A stretch of DNA of 64,000 nt from Eledone cirrhosa (lineage: Eukaryota), in assembly GCA_964016885.1 (NCBI GenBank), contig OZ024748.1, positions 49,042,001-49,106,000 on the forward strand. The letters run 5' to 3'. This document shows positions 45,203 through 57,205 of this stretch, one piece after another. Each line of letters begins with the position of its first letter. The stretch's first letter is position 1. A program made the position numbers and the translations under genes. The notes below the pieces were generated by a model. It was given only the letters and a program-made list of their open reading frames with translations. It ran no database searches and was not told the DNA's origin.

Positions 45203-46538
45203 CTATAGGAAGGAAGTAAAGATACAATACAAATTATCATTATTATTTATATATAGAATTACTGTTATTATTTATATATATAGTAAGGGCAGTGGATTCG
45301 CAGTATCGGTAGAGGGTCGGACGCCAAGCATAGAGTTACGTCCCTTGCCATTCTGAGTTCAAATCCTGTTGAGGTTAACTTTGCCTTTCATCCTTATGGA
45401 GTCGATAAAATAAAGTACCAGTAATGCACTGGGTAATTGCTGGCCTTGTGCCAAAAGTAGAAACAATTATTTATATATAGAATTACTGTTATTATTTATA
45501 TATATAATAAGGGCAGTAGATTGGCAGTATTGGTAGAGCGTCGGACAAGATGCTTTACAGCACAGAGTTACGGCCCTTTACATTCTGAATTCAAATCAAA
45601 TTCAAATTGATAAGGACTTAGCATTAACCACACAGACTATGAAAAGGTATTTTACTCAATAGAGCATAAAGCCTGCCTAGATGTCTAAAAGTCTATCTCG
45701 AGCCCTGACGCTCATCACACAAGTGCTTATTCCAGTTTCTGTAGCATAAAGTGACTGAGAGTACAAGACTCCTTCCCTGGATAGGACACCTGTCCCTCTC
45801 AGGGTTAAACCCCCAGCTACTGCTAGTACTCATTTTCGGCTGAGTGCCAGGAGCAACGTGAAATGAAGTGTTTTGCTCAAGAACCCAACACAAAACCCAG
45901 TCCAGCAGCTGAAGCCATGGTATTATGAACGAGAAAGTCCAACACCCTTACCACTAGGCCACATGCCACAGAGATGACCTCATTACAACAGCCATGAATC
46001 AAAGCTACACTGATATCCTTTAAAAAACATCCAGCAATCTGTGATTACTAAGATACACCTGAAGAAGATGGTTCACAAACAGTCTCATACAAGATGGAAT
46101 ATTAAAGAATATAGAAAGGTGGAATAATGAAAGATAAGAAGGGTGGGTGGAGGGGTGGATAGATAAATGGAGGGGTAGGTAGATGGATGGATGGGTGAAT
46201 AGATGGCTGAGAAAATAGATGGGTGGGTTGATGGATGAATGGGTGGATAGGGGTATGGATGGCTGGGTGGATAGATGGATAGGTAGATAGATGGATGGAT
46301 GGCTGGGGGAATAGATAGCTGGGTTGATGGATGGATGGATGGCGAAAACCATCTGTGTTCTGACTTGGGCTCCACCAAGTTTAAAATACTCAAGACATTG
46401 CGTATGTTGTATGTTAGGACTGTGTCCCTACAACTCCTTTAGGAATTAAGGCTCTTTACTTTAATGTGTTAAAATAAAGAATAATTTGACCTTTAAAACT
46501 TATGGTTTAAGAACAAAACTATAGCAATAAACACTTAC

Positions 46539-46679
46539 ATTAGATAGTTTAGCAACAGGACAGAAAAGACGCTTGTTTATTGTTGATTGGGAAATTGTTT
46601 TGAAGTCAATGTAATGAACTAGGCAGTGTAGAATCTGTAAAACTGCTGGCTGGAATGTCGTTGGGCCTTTCTCTAAAAT
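46539..46679 (-). CDS. fry: furry exon: ILEKGPTTFQPAVLQILHCLVHYIDFK...AKLSN
   Basis: ttctag/gtaagt, 141 nt phase 0/0; FRY 'LEKG...Q..LQI...L.Y.D'. Confidence 0.9.
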
Positions 46680-46959
46680 CTAGAAAACAAGAAATAAGAA
46701 CAAAATATATTTCTCTAGTCAAAATTTTATATTATTGAACCACAATAATTGGTAATATATATGTTTCGTTTCCATAAAAATGAAATAAATAAAATAAAAA
46801 AATTAAAATTAGATAAATATTGGAACCAATTTTCAAGTTTTTAAAAAATTAATTTTATTTCAAGTCTAATTCTAAATTGTTAACAACAAGATTTACAAAG
46901 AGAATATTTGTATGTAGTAGTAATAGTAGTAATGGCATTTAACTCAGCCAGTTTATAAG

Positions 46960-47310
46960 AACAGTAGAGCCTATCCTTCTCTATGGACCTTGCACTCCTG
47001 TCTACAGAACCTTTGAGATGGATGTTACTCTACACTTCTGAGAAAGACTCAAAATATTCCTTGGCAGACCCATCCTGCATTTACTCGGATATACGGAAAA
47101 ATCCCCAAAGTATGTGTATGACTGATTGAACATCATACAAGGTTGGCTGGTCACTGCTTTCGTGAAGAAGATGAGATAGTTTCAGACCTCTTGTTGTGGA
47201 AGATCTCCTCCACCAGAAATCAAAGATACCAGGATACCATAGCAGGAGACACTGGAACTGACAAGGATGACCTTACAAACCTTGATAGGAAACAGAGACT
47301 GTTCGTGTGA
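46960..47310 (+). mobile_element. Decayed RTE-type 3' fragment
   Basis: remnants resembling DGCY..LL..NI.W and RLAGHCFR. Confidence 0.55.
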
Positions 47311-48377
47311 AATTGTGCTTGCTGTCTTGCCTAAGGGCAATGGATAAGGACAAGTTCTCAACTTGATTCTACAGCATGACATCTTGAGAAAGTTTCTTCA
47401 GTAATCCCTTGTGAATAGAATTTGATAGATAAAAACAATTGGGGAATTCTGTTGTCATTAATTTACCACTATGGGTGGTGGGTTGGCAGTATTGGTAGAG
47501 CGTCAGACGATATGCTTTGCAATATTTAGTCATGATTTTTTCTACGTTCTGAGTTCAAATCCTGCGATGGTAAGCTTTGCCTTTCATCCTTACGAGTTCG
47601 ATAAAATAAAGTACCAGTAATGAGCTAAGGTTGATTTAATTGACTCCCCCAAGACCTTGTGCCAAAATTAGAAACCATTATTTTATCACTATTTTGTTCC
47701 CCATTATTTTCTGTTTACTCATTCTATGTAAATCCCCACTGTCCCTCTTTATTTGGATTACTTTTAATGTTCTTGGCCCCAGTGAGCAATAAAGAGATTA
47801 CTGTCATCGTCATCAAGTCATCTTACTTTCATTGCATGCTCTGTGTGCTTTGGTTATGTACATCATCATCATCATCATCATTATCATCAAAAGGGTGATT
47901 GATCGGTAGTATTGATAGAACGTCAGATAACATGTTTTGTGGCACAGAGATGTCTCTTTACATTCTGAGTTCAAATCCTGCCAAGGTTAGTTTTGCCTTT
48001 CATCCTTCTAAGGTTGATAAAATAAAGTACCAGTAATGAACTGGGTCATTTTAATCAGCTTTCCCTCCCTTCCCCCCAATTGTTGGCCTTGTGCCAATGC
48101 TATTATTATTATTATTATTTGTTTTTCCTCTTCCTTCAGTTTTTTTTCCATTTCTTGCCAAGTGCCTTCCTGGCCCCTAGGGCAGAGAAACACACTGCAT
48201 ACTTTAATAAGCTACAAAAATAAAAATCAGATTGTTTACATCACACACTACACAGTTACAAGTATATAGTTTGTTTTATAGATGTGCATATTATCTGTTT
48301 AAAATCATATTTACAACAAAATGATATGTGCTCCATTAAATTATCATTACTATTTATTACCTCAACGTGGATACCTG

Positions 48378-48563
48378 ACGGTGGATTGGCAGTATCGGTA
48401 GAGGGTCGGACGCCATGCTTTCCAGCATAGTTACGTCCCTTTACGATCTGAGTTCAAATCCCGCCGAGGTTGACTTTGCCTTTCATCCTTACGGGGTCGA
48501 TAAAATAAAGTACCAGTAATGCACTGGGTAATTGCTGGCCTTGTGCCTAAAGTAGAAACAATT
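48378..48563 (+). mobile_element. tRNA-derived SINE (representative of an abundant family)
   Basis: A-box tggcagtatcggtag, B-box gagttcaaatcc, core gcctttcatccttacggggtcgataaaa; other copies near 24400, 24630, 34095, 34240, 39060, 41160, 45285, 47475, 47895 and 50078. Confidence 0.85.
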
Positions 48564-48575
48564 ACTATTTATTAC

Positions 48576-48743
48576 CTCAACAAGCAGAGTTACCATACTC
48601 AAGCTGGCCGACAGGTACACATCTAATAGATATTTCACTACACATTTTGTCCACTGGAGGCTGTCCTTATTAAAAGTTCCCCGACTGTAAAGGGACATTA
48701 CTGTTGCTAGATTGTCCAATTGCTCTGACTGTTGTGCACACAT
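48576..48743 (-). CDS. fry: furry exon: MCAQQSEQLDNLATVMSLYSRGTFNKDSLQWTKCVVKYLLDVY...LLVE
   Basis: tttcag/gtaata, 168 nt phase 0/0; FRY 'L.NLA.VM.LY...W...V..YL' motif. Confidence 0.92.
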
Positions 48744-50077
48744 CTGAAATATAACAAAAGGATATTTTTACAGGTGATTTATTAATATTAGAATGTAATT
48801 ATTATCATCATTAATTACTATCATAATAAGATGAAAGAAACAACAGCAACAAAAAAGGGAACAAAACAAAGAGGACCAGGTAACTCACTTTTTCTTATTT
48901 TCATCTTACCATCCATTTTACATTGATTAGCCTTATATCACTTGCCACATTATATATTATCATAATATATACAGACTCTGGTCTGGTGAGAAGGGTAAGT
49001 GAAACCCCAGCAGAACAAAAAACAAAAAAACAAGCTGTTAAAAGACGGATGAACTCCTCAAAGTCAATGACCATTCACCCCAGCTATGTATTAAATAGCA
49101 TCACACAACCGCAATTGGCCAAGCGCGGTGAGTACACCTACACCCCTGAAGACATGTCCAAAAGTGGTAGATGACCACCTGGAAGGAGTTCCTCCAACAG
49201 GAGAAGGCCCCGGATTGGAATGTCTACAGAATCAGACAAATATCTTGCGATAGTTATATCTCCATACATTCTAAAATAAAGTCCAATAGACAATTTTAGG
49301 CGTCTGGCTTAACTAAACACCAAGTTAAAAATGTTAACAACTGTCATCACCAAGATGTCGGAGTATTTTATAGAGAGAGACTATACTATGATAGCTCAGT
49401 TGGTAGATTAAATTAAGTCCTAGTAACCACAACCCAGCATTTGAGTACTTTAGTACAACCACTCGGTTAATAGTATTCATACTAGGTCACTCTGTTATAG
49501 GCATTCACACTAGGCCTCCTGTCTAAAGGAAAGCTTCCATCTACAAGTTATAAAGTCCTTGAAAAGGGCCATGGATGCTGACTAATCTATCGGAAATTTA
49601 CAAAAAATATTTTGAGGTTAAATAAAATATTTGCCTTTCGAGGTTAATTAACAAAGTACCAGTCAAGTACTGGAGTCAAATCTTCCTCTATATCACACTC
49701 TCTCTCCTTCTCTAGAAGAATTTGACTGAGAAAAAACCTGGAGAGAGGATGGGCTCTGCTAGGTTTAAAATGCTAAAGACACACTGTATGTCACTATGAC
49801 TCCATTGAGAATTACAGGTACATACATAACATACATTACATACACACATACACATGTACGTACATACATACACATGTACATACATATGTACATACATAGG
49901 TACATACATACATACATATGCACATACATACGTATGCACACACATACAAACATACATACATTACATACATATATAATACACATGTACATACATACATACA
50001 TACATTACATACATTACATTACATATACACACACCAGCACCACTTCTCCAAAAAAAAAATTGATCCTTTACCTAAAC

Positions 50078-50265
50078 AATAATTGTTTCTACTTTTGGCA
50101 CAAGGCCAGCAATTATCCCAGTGTATTACTGGTACTTTATTTTATCGACCCCCGTAAGGATGAAAGGCAAAGTTAACCTCGGCGGGATTTGAACTCAGAC
50201 CATAAAGGGCCGTAACTCTTTGCTGCAAAGCATGGCGTCCGACCCTCCACCAATACTGCCAATCA
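50078..50265 (-). mobile_element. tRNA-derived SINE, same family, inverted
   Basis: reverse complement closely matches 48378-48563. Confidence 0.85.
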
Positions 50266-50281
50266 ATAATACAATACTTAC

Positions 50282-50379
50282 TTTATTGATATTTTCAGCA
50301 GCTTGTCTGCATTTCTTTCCAGGATCTTCATAATTCTGTACCAGGTATGGCAGCAGTGATATGACATTCAATGGAAAAC
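50282..50379 (-). CDS. fry: furry exon: GFPLNVISLLPYLVQNYEDPGKKCRQAAENINK
   Basis: ttgcag/gtaagt, 98 nt phase 1/0; FRY 'GFPLNV..LLP.L.Q' motif. Confidence 0.92.
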
Positions 50380-50597
50380 CTGCAAATAAAAAGAACTCCA
50401 GTCTGTAAATATAGAATTTTATTGTTGACTTCCCGAGTCAAAGTAAAATTGGTATCGAGAATATATTCAAAACTGGATTTAGATATTTCACAACCAATGC
50501 TGTAGATCATCATCATCATCATCATCGTTTAACGTCCATGTTCCACGCTTGCATGGGTTTGGACGGATATATATTCTTTTACTAGGGTGGTGAACTC

Positions 50598-51420
50598 AAT
50601 CTCTCACCTGGCCTCACCCTTCCCTACTGGGTCATACACAATCTCTCACCTGGTCTCACCCTTCCCTACTGGGTCATACACAATCTCTCACCTGGTCCCA
50701 CCCTTCCCTACTGGGTCATACACAATCTCTCACCTGGCCTCACCATTCCCTACTGGGTCATACACAATCTCTCACCTGGCCTCACCCTTCCCTACTGGGT
50801 CATACACAATCTCTCACCTGGCCTCACCCTTCCCTACTGGGTCATACACAATCTCTCACCTGGTCCCACCTTTCCCTACTGGGTCATACACAATCTCTCA
50901 CCTGGCCTCACCCTTCCCTACTGGGTCATACACAATCTCTCACCTGGCCTCACCCTTCCCTACTGGGTCATACACAATCTCTCACCTGGTCTCACCCTTC
51001 CCTACTGGGTCATACACAATCTCTCACCTGGCCTCACCATTCCCTACTGGGTCATACACAATCTCTCACCTGGTCTCACCCTTCCCTACTGGGTCGTACA
51101 CAATCTCTCACCTGGTCCCACCCTTCCCTTACTGGGTCATACACAATCTCTCACCTGGCCTCACCCTTCCCTACTGGGTCATACACAATCTCTCACCTGG
51201 TCTCACCTTTCCCTACTGGGTCATACACAATCTCTCACCTGGTCCCACCCTTCCCTACTGGGTCGTACACAATCTCTCACCTGGCCTCACCCTTCCCTAC
51301 TGGGTCATACACAATCTCTCACCTGGTCTCACCTTTCCCTACTGGGTCATACACAATCTCTCACCTGGTCTTACCCTTCCCTACTGGGTCGTACACAATC
51401 TATCACCTGGTATCACCCTG
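50598..51420. repeat. 42-bp minisatellite, about 19 copies
   Basis: caatctctcacctggcctcacccttccctactgggtcataca. Confidence 0.95.
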
Positions 51421-52048
51421 CCCCATGGTGCATGTGTTGGTGTCTTAGAAAAAACTCCCCAGACCCTTGCATGCCCCCCCCCCCCCCCCCCCCATCCTAT
51501 GAGTCGAATGCCCTGTAAATGGTTAGTAACAGTTGCCGCTTCCTCTTCTAAGTAAGCTATTAAAAAAAATTTAAATATTTAAATTATTATTAAAATATAA
51601 TAGCAAATCTGTGTGTTGTTGTTTAGAGAATTTGGGATGTACTTACAGTGATCCCTATAGTGATTTATACGGGACGTAGTGATTTATTTTCATTCATGAT
51701 GTCTACACATCGTTTGTTGATGATCTCTAATTTACTTTGTTAAAGCAATGTTATATTAGAAATAGTTCTACTAGTCAGGGAATAGTGAAGGTATTTGCAA
51801 TAATGAATATTACATTCCATGTGAAATGTGTCAAAAGGGCAGGTTTTGGTGATAGAATTATGTTTAGAGACAAGAGCCGAGGTCATCCGTCATTGCTTGT
51901 CACCATCTTTTGATAAAGGCAGGTGAATCATAGCAGGTAAATGAAGGCAGGTGAATGAAGGCAGGTGAATGGAGTAGAATAATGAAGGCAGGTGAATGAA
52001 GTAGAATAATGAAGGCAGGTGTGTTTGGTTGTTTCGAAACTTACTTAC

Positions 52049-52148
52049 CTAACCATTTAGTTGGATCAATAACATAGACACCAGTGTAGAGGGTAAGCTG
52101 GGAAAGTAGATGGCAAGTAGGAATGGCCAAGTTAGGAGATGTGTAGCC
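52049..52148 (-). CDS. fry: furry exon: GYTSPNLAIPTCHLLSQLTLYTGVYVIDPTKWL
   Basis: ctacag/gtaagt, 100 nt phase 0/1. Confidence 0.85.
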
Positions 52149-52291
52149 CTGTAGAAATAATGATAAACATTAAAGATAGCATATATATATATATATATTT
52201 ATAAAGATTATACCAAATTAAGTGTTTGGAATTTGCTGTCAAAATGGCAAGAGCTCAGCTGTCAGCTTTGATTCTCTACTATATATATATA

Positions 52292-55200
52292 TCATCATCA
52301 TCATCATCATCATCATCAACGTTTAATGTCCGTGTTCCACGCTTGCATGGGTTTGGACGGGGGTAGTCCCACTTGAGGCAAGAGTGATTGTCTTGCTCGC
52401 ATAGGACTGTCTGGCAGGTTTTCTACAGTTGGATGCCCTTCCTAACACCAACCACATTTACAGTGTGGGTCTGGGAGGTTTTTACCGTGTTGCCTACACG
52501 GCCACATTACAGCGTGGACTGTGTGTTTTTTTGTCGTGACACCTACACGATCTCATTTGTTTCGGCCTCGATGGCGCGGCACCAACATAACTTTACATAG
52601 AACGGGGTGGTGTGGATGGGGTGGGGGCGGGGGTGGTGGGACGGGGTGTATTTTGTTAGAGATGCCTACTGGCTGGAGTAGGTTTTACTATATATTTAGG
52701 TAAGGCGGGTCTTCTCTGTTACTGAGTACCGCCAAAGGTCTCGGTCCAGTGACATTGTCTTGGAGAGGTGTAAGTGTGTGAGGTCGGAGTTTATCAGCTC
52801 GTCCCAGGTTTTTCTAGGTCTGCCTATTCCGTGACTACCGTCTATCTTTATTGCCCTGCACTTTGTTATACAGCTATCGACTTTCATGCGCATCACGTGT
52901 CCATACCAACGTAGCCTTCTCTCGAGTAAACAACATCTGATCCCTCTTATCTCTAATTTTTTCCTTAGTTCGTTTATGCTTTGCCGTTCACGTATATTAC
53001 TGTTACACATCCAGCGGAGCATGCAAGCTTCGTTCCTCTCTAGTCTGCGTATATCCTCTGCGCACAATGCCCAAGTCTCACTGCCATGCAGCATTGCTGT
53101 TCGTATGCAGGCATCGTACAACCTGCCTTTCATTTTTAGTGAGAACCCTTTAGCAGCTAATAGTGGTATAAGCTCACTGAACTTTTTCCAACCAGTTCTG
53201 ACTCTAGCTACAGTACTTTCAGAGCACCCTCCCCCACTGCTGATTTTATCGCCCAGGTAACGGAAGCTGTCCATTATTTCTATAGAACCCTCTGCGCAAT
53301 TGAAAGAGCTAGTAGTTTGTGGGCACTTGCTGCTACTTATTGCACCAGAGCACCGGCCACATGTAAAATCTATGTTCTTAGTTAGCTTACCTGTGATCCC
53401 ACTACATCTTTTATGCACCCATACTTTGCATTTAGGACATAAAATGGAGTTTCTACCTACGCCTTTCCTACACACCGAGCACGACCATTTCCCAGAAGGG
53501 ACCGCCGCCTTGTTTTCTTTCCTACAAACTAGTACTTTGGTCTTAGCCAGGTTAATTTTAAGTCCTTTTGACTCTAGGCCGTGCTTCCATGTTTGGAATT
53601 TCTTCTCTAGCTCGGCCATTGATTCCGCTATGAGTGTCAGGTCGTCTGCGTATAGGAGTTCCCATGGGCAGCCTGTCTTGAACTCCTCTGTTATAGCCTG
53701 AAGGGCAATAATAAATAGTAGTGGGCTGAGAACAGAGCCCTGATGGACGCCAACTTTTACGCTAAATTCTTCACTATATTCGTTGTTAATTCTAACCTTG
53801 CTGACTGTTTCTTTATACATGGCTTGTATAGCCCTCACAAGCCATTCGTCAACGCCTAGTTTTCTAAGAGCCCACCAGATAATGGAGCGGGGGACTCTGT
53901 CGAAGGCTTTCTCCAAGTCGACAAAAGCTAAGTAGAGGGGTTTACCTTTAGCTAGGTACTTCTCCTGTAGTTGTCGTACTATGAAAAGAGCGTCTGTGGT
54001 ACTTTTGCCTGACACAAACCCGAACTGCATTTCATCTAGGTCAATTCTCTCTCTGATTAGTTGCGCTATTACTTTTTCCGTGACCTTCATGACCTGGTCG
54101 ATTAATTTAATGCCTCTATAGTTACTCCTATCTAGGGCGTCTCCTTTACCCTTATAACAGTTAACGATGATGCTGCTATGCCAGTCCTTCGGAACAACCC
54201 CATTCTGTACGACTTGGTTAACTATGCGGGTGACCATGGTGTGTCCCACCGTGCCAGATGCCTTCAGCATCTCAGCAACTATTTCCGAAGGCCCAGCCGC
54301 CTTACCCGTCTTCATATCCTTGATTGCCTTACTTATTATACTCCCCTCGACTAACACTGCTGGTCCCTCTATTGGGTCGATATGGGGGAGACTGCCTTTC
54401 TCCCAATTATTCTCCTCATTTAGTAGCCTTTCATAGTGACACTTCCAAGCTACCTTCTTATCAGCGTCGGTGATGGCAAGTGTGCCATCGTCGTTTAGTA
54501 CACACTTCTCCCCGACAATATCACGGTTTTCCTTGACGCATTGCCTAGCAATCCTGAACACCTCACGTTTTTGGTCATCGCGTTGTAGAACATGCTTGAA
54601 CTTTCTTTCCTCAGCTTCCCTTCTTGCTAAGTACACTTGTCTCCTAGCTTCCCTCCTGGCCACTTGATAGTCCTCTCTACTTCCCCCATCCCGCCATACT
54701 TTCCAAGCCTGCTTTTTGGCCTTAATTGACCCCTCCACCTTACTGTTCCACCACCATGTTACTCTCCTCCTGCCTACAGGCCTGCTCCAGCCACAGACTT
54801 CGTCTGTCGCCAACAGCAGGTTTGCTTTCAGAAATTCCCACTCTCCCTCTATATTGTCCGACTCTAAATGTTCTTCCTTACTGTCGAAAGCATCAAGTAA
54901 TATGCTTTGAAATTTATTCCTGGCTGTGGGGTCCTTTAGCTTCCATATTTTCCTCCTGAGGATAGTCCTCTTCTGTTGTCGAGTACGTCTCGTCCTGACT
55001 ATGAGGTCGCTAATTATCAGTCTATGTTGGGAGGTGCATTCTTCATGGGGGAGGGATTTAGTGTTAACAACAGACACTCTGTAACGTCTTCTGGTAAGGA
55101 TATAATCTACCTGGCTTGTGTGTTCCCCGGATCTATAGGTGATCAGGTGATTGTCACGTTTTTTGAAGTTAGTGTTACAGATAGTTAGGTTATTTGCATC

Positions 55201-56030
55201 ACAGAATTCCAGGATTCTGGAGCCTTCCTCATTTCTAGTACCAAACCCATAGCCTCCATGGATTTCGTCGTAGCCGTCACAATGTTGTCCAACGTGACCA
55301 TTTAGGTCGCCTGCGATAATTATATAGTCACTGTCGGATATTTGGGAGGTAGTTAGCATCAGTGTCTCATAGAATCTGTCTTTTATAGTGCCGGGCAGTC
55401 CGGATTGGGGTGCGTACGCAGATATTACTGTCACCGTAGTTCTATTGAGGACAAGTCGTATTTTAATTATTCTGTCGTTCACTCTATTTACGTCTATTAT
55501 CTTATCTGCCCACTTTTCTGCTACCATGATTCCTACTCCACCCAGCCCATCGTCGTTTCCCACCCAGAAAAGCTTATAACATCGTTTTTTACCCTCAATG
55601 AACCTAGCAGACCCACCCCTCCACCTGGTCTCTTGAATACAACAAACATCGACCTCCTTACGTTCAAGCATTTCTACAACCTCGTTAGCGCGACCCTTTA
55701 GGGTGCCTACATTTATGGTACCAACTCTGAAGTTTTGGATTGCGTTTGGGGGTTGGGGGCGGTGAGGGGCGGGGGGCGATGGGGTTATGTTAGCCGTCCG
55801 CGGTCGAAACAATGAGGAGTGCTCGCATTCTCGTCCAAGAGGTGAATTTGTCTTTATCTTTGGCATTGTCGCTGAGCGTCCAGATTTTTCTCTCTCTCAC
55901 CTCCACTCTCCAGGATTCCGCAGTCCATTCATCCATCATATATCGAAAGGCAACCAGGCAAGCGATAGTATAGGCCTCTGGTTTCTGATTGGTCCGCGTA
56001 ATAATACTGGTGATGCGTGGGGGCTCTGTT
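52292..56030 (-). mobile_element. Full-length RTE-clade LINE retrotransposon, apparently intact
   Basis: about 165-nt 5' UTR, uninterrupted 1056-aa ORF, about 380-nt 3' UTR ending in (TGA)n; flanked by (TA)n on both sides. Confidence 0.93.
52696..55866 (-). CDS. RTE ORF: apurinic endonuclease + reverse transcriptase with internal PHD-like zinc finger
   Basis: APE motifs GTINV, CIQETRW, GDLNGH, VDYIL, SQHR; RT motifs FVDLEKAFD, GVHQGSVLSPLLF, YADD, FRYLG; C-terminal RLRWYGHV..GRPRKTW. Confidence 0.95.
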   Translation of the reverse strand: MPKIKTNSPLGRECEHSSLFRPRTANITPSPPAPHRPQPPNAIQNFRVGTINVGTLKGRANEVVEMLERKEVDVCCIQETRWRGGSARFIEGKKRCYKLFWVGNDDGLGGVGIMVAEKWADKIIDVNRVNDRIIKIRLVLNRTTVTVISAYAPQSGLPGTIKDRFYETLMLTTSQISDSDYIIIAGDLNGHVGQHCDGYDEIHGGYGFGTRNEEGSRILEFCDANNLTICNTNFKKRDNHLITYRSGEHTSQVDYILTRRRYRVSVVNTKSLPHEECTSQHRLIISDLIVRTRRTRQQKRTILRRKIWKLKDPTARNKFQSILLDAFDSKEEHLESDNIEGEWEFLKANLLLATDEVCGWSRPVGRRRVTWWWNSKVEGSIKAKKQAWKVWRDGGSREDYQVARREARRQVYLARREAEERKFKHVLQRDDQKREVFRIARQCVKENRDIVGEKCVLNDDGTLAITDADKKVAWKCHYERLLNEENNWEKGSLPHIDPIEGPAVLVEGSIISKAIKDMKTGKAAGPSEIVAEMLKASGTVGHTMVTRIVNQVVQNGVVPKDWHSSIIVNCYKGKGDALDRSNYRGIKLIDQVMKVTEKVIAQLIRERIDLDEMQFGFVSGKSTTDALFIVRQLQEKYLAKGKPLYLAFVDLEKAFDRVPRSIIWWALRKLGVDEWLVRAIQAMYKETVSKVRINNEYSEEFSVKVGVHQGSVLSPLLFIIALQAITEEFKTGCPWELLYADDLTLIAESMAELEKKFQTWKHGLESKGLKINLAKTKVLVCRKENKAAVPSGKWSCSVCRKGVGRNSILCPKCKVWVHKRCSGITGKLTKNIDFTCGRCSGAISSSKCPQTTSSFNCAEGSIEIMDSFRYLGDKISSGGGCSESTVARVRTGWKKFSELIPLLAAKGFSLKMKGRLYDACIRTAMLHGSETWALCAEDIRRLERNEACMLRWMCNSNIRERQSINELRKKLEIRGIRCCLLERRLRWYGHVMRMKVDSCITKCRAIKIDGSHGIGRPRKTWDELINSDLTHLHLSKTMSLDRDLWRYSVTEKTRLT

Positions 56031-56799
56031 TATATATATATATATAATCATCACCGTTTATATATATATATATAATCATATATATATATATAATCATATA
56101 TATATAATCATCACTGTTTATATATATATATATAATCATCACCGTTTCACATACATTTTTCCACGCTAGCATAGGTTAGATGAGTTGTCCCGTTGTGGGC
56201 AACGCTAAGTCAGGTGACCATGTCCTATATATATAAAAGGTAAAATACCCCTTTGGTCATGAATAACCAAGAGTTTTGCACCTAGAAAGTTTGTCTCCAA
56301 GGCACAAGCCCTACGTTGACCCATGCACTAGAACAATCAAGTTATGTGTATAGAGAATATCAGTTGTATAAGGAATTGGATGGAATCTCTCTCATGCTGC
56401 AATAAAATGAACTCCGTTGACCCAGTAAAGTGACGGGCATTAGAAAAAACATCCAGCCATAGAAACCATGTAAAAAACAGAACAATATAACATCATCATC
56501 ATTGTTTTAATGTCCATGTTCACTATTAGGAAAGTTTGGATGGGTCCTCATAAACCAAGTCAGTACTGAAGCAGTGGCTACTAATCTCCCAGACAAGCCA
56601 GGGATCTGTCTCTCACTTATGTAGAGTCTCACATTCTACTGAGTGCACCAGGATAGGTTGTAATGTCTTTGACACAACTGATGGGTGTCCCAACCCTTTG
56701 TTTGGCAAGCTTTCTATGGCTGTATGCCCTTCCTATCACCAACAACTTTACAGTGTGTACCGGGAGAGTTTATCATGTAGATCAACACTAGGAAGGCTG

Positions 56800-57045
56800 T
56801 GATGTCCTTGACCTGACTGAGGGGTCCTCCCAACCCTCTGTCATGTCCTTGACCTGACTGAGAGCTCCTGCCAGCCCTCTGTCATGTCTTTGACATGACA
56901 GAGAGCTCTTCCCAGTCCTCTGTCATGTCCTTAACATGACAGAGGGCTCTTCCTAGTCCTCTGTCATGTCCTTGACATGACTGAGAGCTCCTGCCAGTCC
57001 TCTATCATGTCCTTGACATGACTGAGGGGTCCTTCCAGTCCTCTA
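56800..57045. repeat. About 40-bp tandem repeat, about 6 copies
   Basis: cctctgtcatgtccttgacatgactgagagctcc... Confidence 0.8.
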
Positions 57046-57094
57046 TTTGGCAAATAAACAAAAAAAGAAAAAACTTGATGAAAGTGGAAACTAC

Positions 57095-57205
57095 CTTAAA
57101 GAGCAGAGTCTGAACACCGGGAAAGTTGTTCCATTTGATCTGTTGTAAAATTTCTTCCAGTTTAACACTGCTGTTTGTACGATCTGGTTGTATGTGTCTC
57201 AGGAT
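57095..57205 (-). CDS. fry: furry exon: ILRHIQPDRTNSSVKLEEILQQIKWNNFPGVQTLLFK
   Basis: AG/GT bounded, 111 nt phase 0/0; FRY 'QLKW..F.G.Q.LL.K' motif. Confidence 0.88.

Noticed and set aside
48378-48470. tRNA gene
   Set aside because: A/B boxes belong to a multicopy SINE head; no complete cloverleaf
50587-51555. 322-aa repeat ORF (SHLASPFPTGSYTI)n
   Set aside because: 42-bp minisatellite with an internal frameshift; antisense intronic
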